A DNA stretch of 64,000 nucleotides from Schmidtea polychroa. Its lineage: Eukaryota. Below, one piece after another: positions 40,570-54,521 of this stretch. Both the position numbers and the translations under genes were made by a program. Below the pieces are notes generated by a model, which saw nothing but the letters and a program-made list of their open reading frames with translations, had not been told where the DNA came from and did no database searches. The stretch's first letter is position 1; every line of letters starts with the position of its first letter. Where the stretch lies: NCBI GenBank assembly GCA_044892525.1, contig CM097885.1, positions 14,076,001-14,140,000 on the forward strand, written 5' to 3'.

Positions 40570-42191
40570 TTCCTCATAATGGCAATTTATTATTGGCCAT
40601 GGAATTAGTTGCCGAATTTGACTCGTTTTTAGCTGCGCATATGGAAAAATATGGAAATCCAGGAAAAGTAGGTACATCATATTTATCGTCAATTGTTTTC
40701 GAAGACATTGTAATACTGATGGCTGAAAAGTAAAACAACAAATATTTAAGGAATTAAGAGAAGCAAAATATTATTCAATTAGTGTTGACTCCACTCCTGA
40801 AATATCACATACTGCTCAAGTTGCTTTTATTATTCGATATGTAAAAAATGGAGTCCCCGATGAACATATTTTGAAGTTTTTGGAAAATGTAGCGCATAAA
40901 GATGAAGAATGGAGAAAGAAATTATACAATTTTTAAATAAAAATAAAATTTAACTAAAAAATTGAGAGGACAATCATATGATAATGCTCGAAACATGCCT
41001 GGAATTTATTCAGGACTTCATGTACGAATTAAGAAAATCAATGAATTAGCTCATTTTATACCTTGTGCAGCACACTCAATGAACTTGGTTGGAAAATTTG
41101 CGGCAGATTGTTGTCGAGATGCAGCATCCTTTTTCAATTTTTTACAAAAATTCTTTAATTTCTTTTCTTCTTCAACAAGTCGTTGGTTAGTGTTAACTAC
41201 AACTTTAAAAGGACGAACCATAAAATATCTTTATGAAACAAGATGGTCTTGTCGGTATGATGCATGCAAAGCTCTGTATGAAAACTGGGCGGGAATATCT
41301 GAAGCTTTAAAAAAATATCACAAGATGAAATAGTATCTTCTCAAGTTAGAAGCCAAGCTCAAAATATTAACAAACAAATGAATCGTCTCGAATGTGCTTC
41401 TACGATGACATTTTGGAAATCTATTTTAGAACGTTTTAATGCTACTAGTTTAAAGTTACAATCCATTGAAAATGATTTATCAATTATTGTTGAGCAATAC
41501 AAATCCTTGATTGAATTCGTAAATTCAATGTCAAATTTATATGAAAACTATGAATCTAAAGCCAAAGAAATATCTTTTGTTAAAAGATTTGAAAGAAAAC
41601 GAGGAAGAAAACGGAAAATGTTTCATGATGAAATTGAAGAATCGGAATTACATAGCAATCAGAATTTTAAAACCAAAACATTACATGTATTAATTTCATG
41701 TCTTAGTGAAGAACTGAAAAAGAGGCTGAAGCATATGAATTAATTTACAAAAATGTTGTATTTTTAAACAATTGAACGAAATACCAATCTAAATTAATAT
41801 TAGAAAATGCAGAAAATTTATACCAGATACACAAGAACGGTTTAGATGAATGTTTTATGGAAGAATGTGTGCACTTGGGTTCATATTTGAAAGCTAATGA
41901 AATTTCTGAAAATTCGATATTAGAGCTCAGTAAATTATTATATAGTAAACTGTTTTTCCAAATATAAATATAATCTTATGAATATTTTTGTGCACGCATT
42001 TAAGTAACTGTTCTGCGGAACGCAGTTTTTCGTTATCGAAAAGATTGAAAACCTATTTAAGATCTAGTATAAAGGAACAACGCTTAAACGATTTAGCTAT
42101 ATTATCAATAGAAACAGATTTTACATCAAATATAGATTATTCTGATATGATTAATGATTTTGCTGACCAAAAATCAAGGCGAAAATTTTAA
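40570..42191 (+). mobile_element. hAT (ZMYM1-like) transposase pseudogene, 5' truncated
   Basis: ISVDSTPEISH, RGQSYDNA, CAAHSMNL, TRWS, SAERSFS..RLNDLAILSIE; frameshifted. Confidence 0.9.
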
Positions 42192-42564
42192 TGTGTTAAA
42201 ACGAAGTAAGAAAAGCAATATTTTACTTAATTAAAGCATACTCCACTGACATTTTTAATTGTATATTTGTACTTTTTAATTTTTAATATGAATAATGGGG
42301 CGAGTTAATATATATTGCCTAAGGGCGCATAAGATACAAATGCTGCAATGGAACCAATATATAGTAAGAAATACTGCTGGACATTAATGGAGATATTTTT
42401 CAGAAGAAGATAAAATTATTAATATATTTCCTAGAGATATCGATAACATCAAATTTGTACTGGAATTTAATTAATTTACGATAAATAATTTGTTGCAATA
42501 ATAATTATTAAAAAAATGTCAAGTGTTTAAAATGTATTTATAAGAGAATTTGAAAATCACAATC

Positions 42565-42652
42565 ATTGGGATGAGTATTGGTGGTCCTGGGTTGCAGGCT
42601 TCAAGCTTGTAGTCGGTTTACACCGAAGTGTTTCGATTCCACCTTTCTAACG
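42565..42652 (+). tRNA. tRNA-Sec: tRNA-Sec pseudogene, copy 2
   Basis: Colinear with 13156-13242 (GCAGGCTTCAAG, TCGGTTTACACCGA, TTCGATTCCACCTTTC); D stem and first acceptor pair broken; same downstream flank. Confidence 0.82.
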
Positions 42653-43220
42653 AGTTCTGAAAATTTTCATTTTTACACAATTTTACATATTTGCATTCCA
42701 TTAATATAATTTCTCTCATAATATAATATTATAATTATAATTATTATCAATCCTACTGATTACGGGCCAATTTTGATAATCTCAACTGCGATTACCATGA
42801 AGTTGAATTACAATTGCTTTTACTTGCAAGGGCCACCCTTTATCTCATCATCATATTCTTTAGGTAATCAGTTCTTTTATTTCTGTCATAAAATTTTGAA
42901 AATTAAATATAAATATAAATTATTCAGTGATAAAATTCATTTATATATCGAAATCAAAATGTGAAAAGAATTAACTACTGATTAATTTATCAGTAGAATT
43001 AAATTATCTATAAAATTAAGTTTTTACTTTATTAATTAATGATGAATTATGTCATTTTATCACAATATATTTATAAATAAAAATTACAAATAAAAAAGTC
43101 TGACCTACCTAAGAATGTGTATTGAATATATTTTTATCCTTTATATAAAATATTTGATTTCTTATTTAAACATTATGTTGTAATAAAATATGTTATAAAA
43201 TTATGCATTGCCAATTTAAT

Positions 43221-43665
43221 GAGTATAGGCAGTGGCGTAACTAGTGGACGTAGGACCCTGCGTTGCGGGGGCCCATCAGCTATTATTACTAAAATTATTA
43301 CTAAAAAAATATTTACAATCATTTTCTGAAACCTTTTCCCGCAGATATATTTGCCTACAAACAAACTATCATTGAATAGCGGCTGCTGTGAATAACTATG
43401 AATTAAACTCTAACCGAAAAATGTAAGTGGAAATATTTTACATTGCGCGGGGGGTCCAAAATTTGAAGTTCCGCCACTGAGTTTAGGACAATATCCTCCT
43501 GGACAAATACCCCCACTCTTGTAATGCATATTTTTAGTATGAATATAATAATAAAGACATTGAAGATTATTAACAAGTAAATATAAATTAATTAATTACC
43601 CGGGGGATATTGTTATGGGGATATTGTCCAGGATGATATTGTTTGGGGATATTGTCCTTATACCC
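43221..43665. mobile_element. MULE-like MITE with GGGGATATTGTCC subrepeats, containing a nested hAT MITE
   Basis: Termini GAGTATAGGACAATATCC / GGATATTGTCCTTATACCC; 8-9 bp TSD (C)AATTTAAT/(C)AATTTATT; empty site at about 13801-13809. Confidence 0.7.
43230..43479. mobile_element. hAT MITE, 250 bp
   Basis: TIR CAGTGGCG..CGCCACTG; 8-bp TSD AGTATAGG/AGTTTAGG. Confidence 0.8.
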
Positions 43666-43700
43666 AATTTATTACAATAATTATGCTTGATGAATAAAAT

Positions 43701-44732
43701 TGTTGGGTTTTTAGTTAATTTAAGTCGGTTACCTCTGACTCCTCGTGTCCTTTAAATCAAAACAATAACGACCCAACGTATATTGAAATAATAAAATTTA
43801 CAATCTTTTCTCAACACTCAATAATAGTCAAAGTTACGTTTGACCGATTGTCCGCTCGGTGTTGATGCTTTGATAAAGATAATATTCACCTTTTATTCCC
43901 TTAAGTTCTCTTGACCAACGTTTTCCTTTTTTCCTTTAATTTGATCCTTTCTCACTCTTTTTATTCTTATTCTATCTCTTCTTTTTCCCTAATCCCCTAA
44001 ATTCGTTTTTACCTTTTCCTAAGCTCGATTTCTTCTAACCCTAGCTGAGGCAAAAGGTCGATTTGCTCTGATTTTCCCCTTCCTTATATACTCTTCGAAA
44101 TCGGGATGACGAATAGTTATTGTCGAGCCAATCTTTCACTTGACATTTGCTTTCACGTATCTGCTTTGGCTGTCACCCATAATGGTCCAACGAACAAAGA
44201 TAATTAATGGCCCGTCCGGCCTTTCTACACGCACTATCTTCTCCTTGCTCTTTTCCAACTAATCATTGTGTCAAGCTAATGGGCCCAAATCTTCCTTCTG
44301 TTTACTTTTCTTCTTGTTTACCCAGCTCGGGTTTCCTTCATCTCTCGGGTTCTCCATTGGCTCGGGTTTCCCATTAGCTCGGGTTTTCTATTAGCCAATT
44401 AATTAATTAATATACGTTTTCTATTTGTACACATTTGAATGCTTTTCGACCTTTCCTAACAATTTTATGATAAATCCCTAATCATCATCTTGTTGAACAT
44501 TAGCTAATCTATACCGCTCCCGTTTTCCCAATTTGATTTAGATGATTTTACAATTTATTGATTTTTCTCGGATTTCCGGATTCTAGCCTTTCGCAATTGC
44601 TTTTGGCATTTTCTAATACTGCTTCCATCACACTTTCCTTTACTATCAATTCTGCTCATGATCCCGCTTTTATTTGTCTTTTTTCTTACCCTAAATTTCA
44701 TTTAAATTTATTTTAATTTACGGACCTCAACA
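43701..44732 (-). mobile_element. Solo LTR, 1032 bp (Gypsy-like)
   Basis: TGTTG..CAACA ends; 4-bp TSD AAAT; empty site at about 21-35; minus-strand TATATAA near 44085 and AATAAA near 43894; internal CTCGGGTTT repeats. Confidence 0.85.
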
Positions 44733-44896
44733 AAATTGTGATAATATTAATTGACAAATTTGCATCGTTCTGAATTTCATTTAAATAAATTTTTACAAAT
44801 ATAATTCAAAAATACAAAATCAAAATAAAAAAACAGAAAAATAATTTTATTGAAAATATGTCTCGCAATCTCCCTTCAGAAAACCTTTCCAACAAT

Positions 44897-45514
44897 CTAC
44901 CGAAATGATTTACAATTCTTCAAGTATTCTGATGATAATTTCCCTGCTGCTTCCAATGCCTCGTACAGTCCATCACCAGAAACTGCACAACATGCCTGCA
45001 GGTGCCAATTGTGAGTGCGCTCCAGTTTCGATAATTCTAACCCTTCCACAATTCTACTTGGTGACATGGCATTTGGTAAATCTTGTTAGTTTGCAATCAC
45101 CACTATTGGAATCTGAATCAATGTTAAACATTTCAATTTCCTATCAAATCTAGATTTACATTTCTCATCTCGTCACATTCAGCAATCGTAAATAATTCAT
45201 CTCTTCATTCCTTCAACCTTTCCACATCATTGCTGTCCACTACATAAATCAATCCATGACAATTCGTATAGTAATGTCTCCATAACTGTCGAATCTTCTC
45301 TTGACCTCCCACATCCCAAATTGTGAATTTCAAACCTTTCCCAATTGAGATTTCCTCCACATTGAATGCGATTGTTGGAATCGTTGTCACAGTTTCATTG
45401 AGTTTCAATTTGTATAGAATTGTGGTTTTACCAGCAGCATCCAATCCCAACATTAGGATTCTCCTTGGATCAGATTGAGACAACTCGTTTAGCAATTTGT
45501 ATAATCTACTCAAA
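44897..45514 (-). pseudogene. ARF-family GTPase copy 3
   Basis: 88-bp deletion (TCAAA microhomology) removes ATG, 5' UTR and TATA; TCA to TGA nonsense at 45207-45205; IGFN changed to IAFN; intron 45159-45113 retained. Confidence 0.92.
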
Positions 45515-45641
45515 TTCTCCACCGTGGATTGAATGACAACGCGTTTCTAAAAACAGTAATAGAAATTTCAATATTTTCTGATTGGTCATTTAGAATAATT
45601 AATGCCATTCTATCAAAGACTTAAAAAATAGATTGATAACG

Positions 45642-45857
<216 letters not shown>

Positions 45858-46487
45858 CAGGGTTGCCAACTGTACGCTTTTGAAGCATAACCTACGCTTT
45901 TCGTGCAAAAAACAAACATGTATACGTTATACACACGCTTTTCATTGATATATGAAAAAATGCTCTTTTAGCTTGCTGGGATAAAAATATCGTCAATTTT
46001 TGGTTCGATGGTGTAAAAAAAAATTGCTTTCCAAATTGAAACAGCAGAATTTTTTCCAAATTCATATTTCAATTTACTTGAAATTTCCAGAAAATCTGTC
46101 ATAATTACAATGTGATATTTCCTGTATTTTATAAAATTAATTTTTGAGATGCAGAAATTAAAAAGTAAAATATATAATTTTATTAATTAATAATTTTGTT
46201 TAAGTTTTATTAATTGTTGATTGTTATTGCTCTCTATAACCTGTAAGTAAATTTATAATTCGAATTTCGAAAAGTAATTTTGTTTTGAAATTATAAATTT
46301 TGTCTTTTAGAGAGGCCTTTGAAATAAATGCGACAGAAGATACTTCCAATTGCAATTTGATTTTGAGATCAACCGGAACAGGTTCAGGTAGTAGTGACAG
46401 TAACAGCGAGCTTGAGTATGAGAAAAACAGGACACCCGTAAAAATATTTGAAAACGCTTTTGGTCGAATCAAAAGTTGGCAACCCTA
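45858..46487. mobile_element. Non-autonomous TIR element (probably hAT) inserted in the microsatellite
   Basis: 13-bp TIR AGGGTTGCCAACT; absent from the paralogous site at 14832-15030. Confidence 0.8.
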
Positions 46488-46592
46488 ATTATTATTATTA
46501 TTATTATTAAAATTATTGGATTTAATTACAATGTAAATGGTGTGTGCAAATTTTATATTTATAATTAACTATTTAAATAATTAATTATTTAG

Positions 46593-49121
46593 TGTTATAT
46601 TATGTTTTTGACTATTTTGTTTTTGTGTGTGGTATGAAGTTGTAATGTTAGATTAGAAATTTGATGAGCCCGAAAGAGTCTCCGTTAAAACTTGTGGCGT
46701 GACAATCGGGGTGCGTGTTGTGTAATAACAAGTAAAATAAAAAATAATAATAAACGATAATATATATTGGAACAAAAGTTTTATTCAAAATAAAAATTTT
46801 AAGACCTTGAGTCCGGGGGTAGTTTAACTAGGATTTGAATCTAGACCTTTGCCGGGATATAGGACAGTAGGAACTGTAGATTTGCAGTTTAAGATAGATA
46901 GGCCTTTGCCTGAATATAGGACTGGAAATTTGTTGTTTAAGATAGGTTAATCTGAATTTGATTCCTTTCTTGTGTCTTAATACTGTGTTCAATCAATAAA
47001 TTAATTGTAGGGTTTTGACTCTTTAGCTCGTACTTAGGATTCTTATTATTTTTTATTATTATTTTCGAGATTTCAACCTTTATCCTTGTTCTCGTATCCG
47101 AACACAAATCCTGGTCTACAAATAGGTGTTGGGCTGAAACCGAAAACTGAGAGTTTGTTTTAATCGATCGAAAATACCTAACACAAAAACGGCAAAGTTG
47201 AAAAGATTTATGACCAAGGTTTAATATAAAATAAATAAAATAAATTACATCACACATTAATCCCGTATAATAGAATAAAGAGATAAATAAATTTAACAGA
47301 AAAAATTCAACACTTAAAAATTTCGATAGAAAAATAATAAAATGTAAAATAGAATTAGTTGAAAATTATTTAAACAATATAAAAATTAAATCGTCAAAAT
47401 AATAAAATTAGTTAGCATTATGTAAATTGTAAAGTTTATAGAATTAAATGGTTATGTAACTTATTAAATTTAAAGATAAAAATGTTTAAATTAATAAAAA
47501 TTAATATAACTCAAATTATTTAAATTATAAAAGTTATAAAATTAAAATTAATAAAAATTAAATAATTAATTAATTAAATTAATGAAATTAAAAACAAATA
47601 AATAATTGCATGTATGCAAAATTAAGTCAAAATTTCTCGCACTCTGATTGGATAGAGTGACAGCGCATGCATGAATGCGCATTCAAAATCAGTATAAATA
47701 CTGATCACAAATTCATTTGAAAAACTTTTTTTTTCAGCACCACAATGTAATTTGCAGACAGTAAAGCTCTCAGTTTTCGATTTTATGCCATCGTGGATTT
47801 GGTAATTTATTTTTATTCTTATTGTAATTTTTACGAAGTGTTTTAATTAATAAATTTTATATGCAATTAATGTCTCAGTTAAATTTTCTTTTGTTGTCCT
47901 TTTTAATGGTTTAATTTCATTTAGTTTCAAGTTCTAAATAATAGCCTTTATTGAGTTCAATTATATTATTTGTTGATTGTGAACGATGGTGCCGTGGAAT
48001 TGAGATCCAGCATATTATGGTTTGGGGTACCTTCGGGACGCTCAGACTGGTGGGTATGCTGGTTTTTCAATCGCGCAGCTGATTTCGGGCCGAAATGTGG
48101 AGGCTTCTCCACGGGTCCGTCGCTGGAAGTACCTTGGTCAAAAATAGGTTAGGACTAAGAATACAGGCAGATCCCTGCTCAAATTTCTTGAAGAACAATT
48201 TAAATATTATGGGAAGTGTCGGTTAACTTGGAAATAAGGGCCGATCCCTGCTCAAATTTTTTGCGAGATAGGTTAAATATTCATAAATATAAAGAAAAAT
48301 ACCTAGCAACCTTTATTAATAGAAAAATAAGGGCGCGTCCCTGCACAAAATTTTGAAACGAAACAATAGAAAACATCTAGAAATGAGGACAATAGCCGAA
48401 TGAGATAGAAAAGTAGAAATAGAAAATGATCGATGACGTAAGACCTTCTATCGGCCGTCTAGAACCCGAAGAGAAAATACAATGGGGAGTAGTTTTAGCA
48501 ATAGAGCTCACCTGCTCATTGTTTTTTTCGCCTTTGTGTACAGTACCAACATGGTCGCCGCCATGGGTACACAAATGGTTTAAAGTACAAAGTCATGGGG
48601 GTGCTTAGGAAAGAGTCGAGTGAATACCTGTGATTACCCCTAACGTATTTAAAGTTTAAAATGACACACCCCTAAGTAACCAACATAGGTTTGGAATTGA
48701 AATGGATGACTTTATTTTCAATTTGCTGCAACTTGCTTTAATTTTATTATTATTATTTTCGGGATTTCAACCTTTATCCTTGTCTCGTATCTGAACACAA
48801 ATCCTGGTCTACAAATAGGTTTGGAATTGATCTCTGCTTTTATAAGGAACTGGTATGTTTAATTAACGGTTGGAATTGAAATTGAGGACTTTATTTTTAA
48901 CTTGTTACAACTTGCTTTAATATTAATTTTAATATACGAAATCTTTTTTTTATCGACTTTTTTTAATTTTTCAATTTCCTATAGCGATAATTTACCATAG
49001 TAAATTATCGCTATATAGTTTTTCTGAAAATCTGGATTTTCCAGATGGTGGTGATTTATGTTATAATATTCACGATTCCTAATCGTGAACGCTGAAATAA
49101 AAAAAATAACTATACATTACA
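46593..49121. mobile_element. 2.5-kb TG..CA insertion, probable large solo LTR
   Basis: TGTTAT..ATTACA ends; flanks TTTAG/TTTAC; empty site at about 15110-15120; no coding capacity; internal direct repeat 47065-47127 / 48758-48820. Confidence 0.65.
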
Positions 49122-49654
49122 TTTACTAGAAAAATACACAAAAACAAATTCTAATAATAAAATTCTAACTAATAACGTTTATTAAAATTTACAAAAGAAA
49201 ATCTTTAGATAGAGATCATAAAATCTTTCTAACGTTCATAAAGTTCATAAAGTTCAAATTTTAATAAATTTAATTCTGCGATCGTTATTTTTTAATTCTT
49301 CCTTGACAATTTTTCCCATTGATTTTTTGTTTTTAAAATTTGAAATTTTAATTTTAATTATGATAATAACAACAACAAACGTGTGACAATAAACATAAGG
49401 ATCACGTACAGCACAGTCACCAACTAAATTGCAGCACTAACGTCTCTTGCGAAGGGCATTTAGCATTAAAATCAATAGTTATGTGTAGTTACGAAGGGAA
49501 ATATGGTAAAGTGTGAGCAACGGCAGGAAAAGGCCGTCATTTTCAAGGATAAAAATAGATTGTTCTCCCAACTTGTAATCTACCTTTAGAAATAGAACTC
49601 ACCTCCTTATTTATTTTCAACGACTGTGTACATTCTCAACCTGGTGATTGAAAA

Positions 49655-50361
49655 GGTAACCCGTCAAAAAGGCCTCGATAATATGGCCCCAATATTACGG
49701 CCCCCAACATAAAGGCCCATGGCAAAACGGCCCTGAAAAAGGGTCTCTGATATAAGAGTCTTTGGCAAAAACGATCCCTGTCAAAAGGGCCCACGCCAAA
49801 AGAACCGCGTAGATTGAAATATTTTTATGTAGATAAGAAATATTGTACGTATGTTGACTTCAAAACGACGTCATCTGTAACTTTTTAAGACTGTTTAAAA
49901 TATGTTCTATACGTTTGTTATTACACATGCATATAGTACCATGAAATTATTATCATATGGACCAGGAGAAGCCGGAATAGTAAATTTGGCACGAATTTGA
50001 TCAATCTTGTTAGTGAAAAATTCACGGAATGCGTTTGCAAGAGTAGATGTATCAGGCTGGTCATGAAGAGAATATGTGTCGGTGAGATAAAATAGATTTT
50101 AGGGTTTTCCAGAGCGAGTGTGGATAAGTGTATAGTTCTTGATCGTGTATGAAACTTCCGGAAACAGTGTGTTTTTGTATACTCAGTGTTGAAGTGGTTC
50201 TATTGGCGAGGGTCCTATTAACAGGGGTCGTTTTTGTCGGGGGCCTGTATATCATAGGCTCTTTTGCCCGAGGCCTTTATGTCGGAGCCGTTTTTTCAGA
50301 CCCATAATATTGGGGTCCTTTTAAGGGGTCTTTTGCCCTGGGCCCTTTTTGACGGGACACC
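49655..50361. mobile_element. MULE/foldback-like element, copy 3
   Basis: Same termini and position as copies 1 and 2. Confidence 0.75.
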
Positions 50362-51322
50362 TGTTGGCACGGGTATATTGATGATAACATAGTAAAATAT
50401 TCATAAATGCTTTTAAGTAAGAGTTGATTACAAATCTATCAGCGACTCTAGGATATGGAAACAACACACATTCCAGATTCTGAGTTAACTGCCAACAGAA
50501 ACTCTATTAATATCCAAAAATCTGTAATCTTGACTTGAACAACCTTTTACTTCGGATGAACCTAACGAAATTCAGGTTCCAAAATATTTTCTTGTACTCT
50601 TTCGAGATCCACCTGGTTGTCTTATTATCTTATATTTTTCATATCTTCAGGATTTCAAGATAAATTTCGTTGTTTGTTAAAAAGTAAAATTCATTCATAA
50701 AATTTATCATATTTGTGAATTTAAATATAAATTTTCATGAAATCTTATTTGTTTAAATAATATTGTATTTGAAAATTTTGCGAATGAAAAAGTGAATAAA
50801 TTAATGAAATGTTACTTTATTTAATATTAAATCAGGTCACTAGCTCTTAAAAAGGATCTCAATACAACTGCAAATGGTGGGCGAAGCAATACAGAGTAAC
50901 TATAGTATTATTATTATTATTATATTAACAATAATATTATTAGTAAATCAGACCCGAGACCTTTAAGAGATCCAAATTTCATGAAAGATGCAAAGCATAA
51001 ATTATTCAAAGTAATTCATTTCATTATTAAAAGAATTCGTAACAGAATTTTATAGTTTCTAGAAAGCACCGATTACCCTCATCGAATCGACAGCTCTAAT
51101 TTTGGTAAACTTACCCAAACAGATGTGAAAGCAATTTTCGAACATTTTATCAGTATTGTTGTTCCGGATTTTCGTTTAAATGCCTCACAAATAGCTGCCG
51201 AAGATCAAATTTGATGATGATGATGATGACCACAATAATAATCTCATATAATAAATATAATAGAAAAAGGCAAACAGTAAAACAAATCAAAACCCAAAAT
51301 AAATCAATTTTTCTTTAATTTG

Positions 51323-52806
51323 TCATAATTTTTCGATTCTGCGCCTGAGCAGCAATTTATCACTTTTGTCTGCTAATTGATAGATTGATCTGTCATCACC
51401 AATAGAATAATAACTGGCAATTGGATTATTTTTGTCATCTAACGGTTTCCCCCATCCGACATCATCAAACCAACCTGAATATTTTATTGACTTGCTCATA
51501 TAAATGCTGCCATTTGCTGGATCGATCACATCGATTGTCACGGATTGTTTGAACGGCCAATCCAATTGCTCATCATTTGCCCCACGCATCAAACAGAAAC
51601 CAGCAAACACCCAATCATCCCCAATGCTCACCCACAAGCACATTTTGTAACCGATTGGCCCCGAATAAAATGTGTCGCTGTAAATATCTTCTCTTCTCTT
51701 TTGTTGTGAAAATTTATCGATTTGCCATTCAAAAAATCCATAATTTCTATATTTTTCATTCCCTTGTCGCTCGCATTTCTCTTTCATCTCATCAATTTCC
51801 TGTTGACATTTTGATTCAATCTGCCGAATTTCATTGGCGCATTTCGCCATTTTAAGCTGCAACTGAATCTCAAATTCAAACATTTCAATAAATCACCTTT
51901 TTATTCCCCTGCTGAAGCCGCTGCTCGCATTTCTTTTTCATCGCATCAATTTGCTGTTGGCATTTTGATTCAATCTGCCGTATTTCATTGGCGCATTTCG
52001 CCATTTCAAGCAGCAACTGAATCTTAAATTCAAACATTTCAATAAATCAATAAATCACCTTGTCATTCTTCTGTTGCAGCCGCTGCTCGCATTTCTCTTT
52101 CATCTCATCAATTTGCTGTTGACATTTTGATTCAATCACATCAATTTGCTGTCTGATCTGCTTTGCATCAATAATAAATCAAATCAATAATCAAACTTGA
52201 TTGATTGATCCAATATTTGTCTCCCTCTCCATTCTCAGTGAGCGATTCTCATTCTTCAATGCCACCATTTCCTCATTCAATTCTTCTATTTCTCCTCTGT
52301 TCTCCGCCTCTTTCTTTTCTATATTGCACAATTTCACCTACAATCACAGATATCAATTAAATTAATTACAAATACAATTTTACAATTTCGTTTTTATCCA
52401 CCTCATTCATTTCGCATCCAATTCTATTGAATGGACATTTTATTGGTTGCTTGTTGCATGTTCTCATGTGGCTCTCCATCACCTCTAATTCATCTTTGAA
52501 TTGACAATTTTGCATTGGGCATCTCACTATCACTTCTGAAATCCTTAAATTGGCTGCATGATCTTCAGAAACATCTTTATTGAAATTTATCATTTTCTTT
52601 CCACAATGTTTTGCTGCTCCTGGACAGAATTTCTCTTTTCCATCCAAATAATGTTCAATGCAATCAGAACAAAAGCCACAACCGCAAGGAGCTTGGCAAG
52701 CTTTTATCATTAAACATTTGCAAATTCTGCATATCAATTCATTGCTGATTTCATTATCAAATTCAAATTTATTCCGCCTCATCATTTCCCATACGTTTCC
52801 AAACAT
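51323..52806 (-). CDS. TRAF-family protein copy B: RING, zinc finger, coiled coil, MATH/TRAF-C (about 440 aa)
   Basis: ATG 52806; exons 52806-52384, 52337-52197, 52160-52059, 52022-51897, about 51862-51323, with all introns phase 0 GT-AG. MATH motifs FEWQIDKF, FYSGPIGYKMCL, LMRGANDEQLDWPF. Confidence 0.88.
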
Positions 52807-53490
52807 TTTATCTAAAATTAATAAAATTATCAAAATATTTCAACATTTTACAACATTCATAAATCATACTTATTATATTAATTACCTTGACAATTTCAAT
52901 ATTTATAATTTGTATTTTGATGTAGATAAACAAACATTTTATAAATATTGTATTTTAGCTTTAAATATTGTTAATGCTAATTTTCAGTGTTTTTCTCATT
53001 TATTTTAAATCTTACAAAATTATTTAAATTACAATTTGATAACGAAATGTAAAATTTTAACATTTTTAACGGCAAACACAAAATAAAAATATATCAAAAT
53101 ATAAAAATAAATATTTTTCATAAAATATTAAAATATTGATCTAATGATCTCGTTATGGTTACCAATATTTGTCTGGCATTTTCTGATGTGTACAAGTTTC
53201 CTGTGAGCCCCATATTGACATTTTCACATTTTATTGTGACAAAGGTGCAATGATTAAATATAAAATTATAAAATGTCAAATGCACAAAGCAATACTGATA
53301 AATTGGATTAGATTTAACACAATAAAAATTAAATTTTAACTAATTTTTTGTATGATTTTATGAAATCTTTAATCGGTGCAAGGCCTAATTGACACGTAAT
53401 TTTAATTGATTCTATCCAATCTTATTGCAGTTCACATTGCTGGTACATGTGATGGATATATCTGCCTTATCAATTTATTATTAATGCTAA

Positions 53491-53660
<170 letters not shown>

Positions 53661-54368
53661 AATTTTAAACGACCCCGCTACAATCAGACCGATTCTAAAA
53701 TGCTAAATTTTCTAATTTCATTCATTTCAAAAATATTTTTCGTATGAGTAGTAAAAAGTTAGATTAGTAAATAGATTAATAAATAAAATATTAAATAGAT
53801 TAACAAATAATTTATTGAATAAATAGAATTAATAGGTAGATTAATTAATTAATAAATAGATAAATAAATTAATAAATAGATTAATGAATAAATTAATTAT
53901 TAAATAGATAGATTAATAAATAATTTTATAAATAATTTAATGAATAAATAAATTAATAAATTGATTAATAAATAAATTAATAGAATAAATAAATTAATAA
54001 AAATATTAATAAATAGTTTATTAAATTAATCAAAAAACAGATAAATAAATTATTTTTACTTTTATTTATTTCACTCATTTATTTTTTTATTTTCTCTTTC
54101 TCTATTTTGACCTTTTCTACTTTTCATTTCTCACTCTGCTTTATTTATATTATCCAAATTGCTTTCGATTTTTTTAATTCTTGTAGTAATTTCTGAAAAA
54201 TTGCAAAACTTATCTGGCAGCTAATTCAGCCTCCAAACATTTAATGGAGAATTAGTAAATTAGATTTAGAATTATTTTTAATTATTTAAAAATAAAAAAA
54301 ATCTGAAATTAATTGTTAATTTTTTAGTTTAGAATAATAATTTATAAAAATAATTTAATTGCTAATGA

Positions 54369-54521
54369 AATGGTCAATATATGCAGTTGTTGCTAAGGAA
54401 TTGGTCATTATATGCAGTGGTTGCTAAGGAATTGGTCATTATATGCATTGGTTGCTACGGAATTGGTCATTATATGCATTGGTTGCTACGGAATTGGTCA
54501 TTATATGCTTTGGTTGCTAAG
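54369..54521. repeat. 31-bp minisatellite, 5 units
   Basis: Unit AATTGGTCATTATATGCATTGGTTGCTA(A/C)GG, head-to-tail. Confidence 0.9.

Noticed and set aside
43737..43749. GACTCCTCGTGTC, like P3/L3 of HDV-like ribozymes
   Set aside because: I could not find P2 or P1.1 partners nearby.
45205..45522. ORF starting MENLSRLY
   Set aside because: The start is a GTG brought in frame by the deletion junction, and it ends at a nonsense codon.
54369..54521. CRISPR-like periodicity
   Set aside because: Head-to-tail units with no unique spacers, no cas genes, eukaryotic context.
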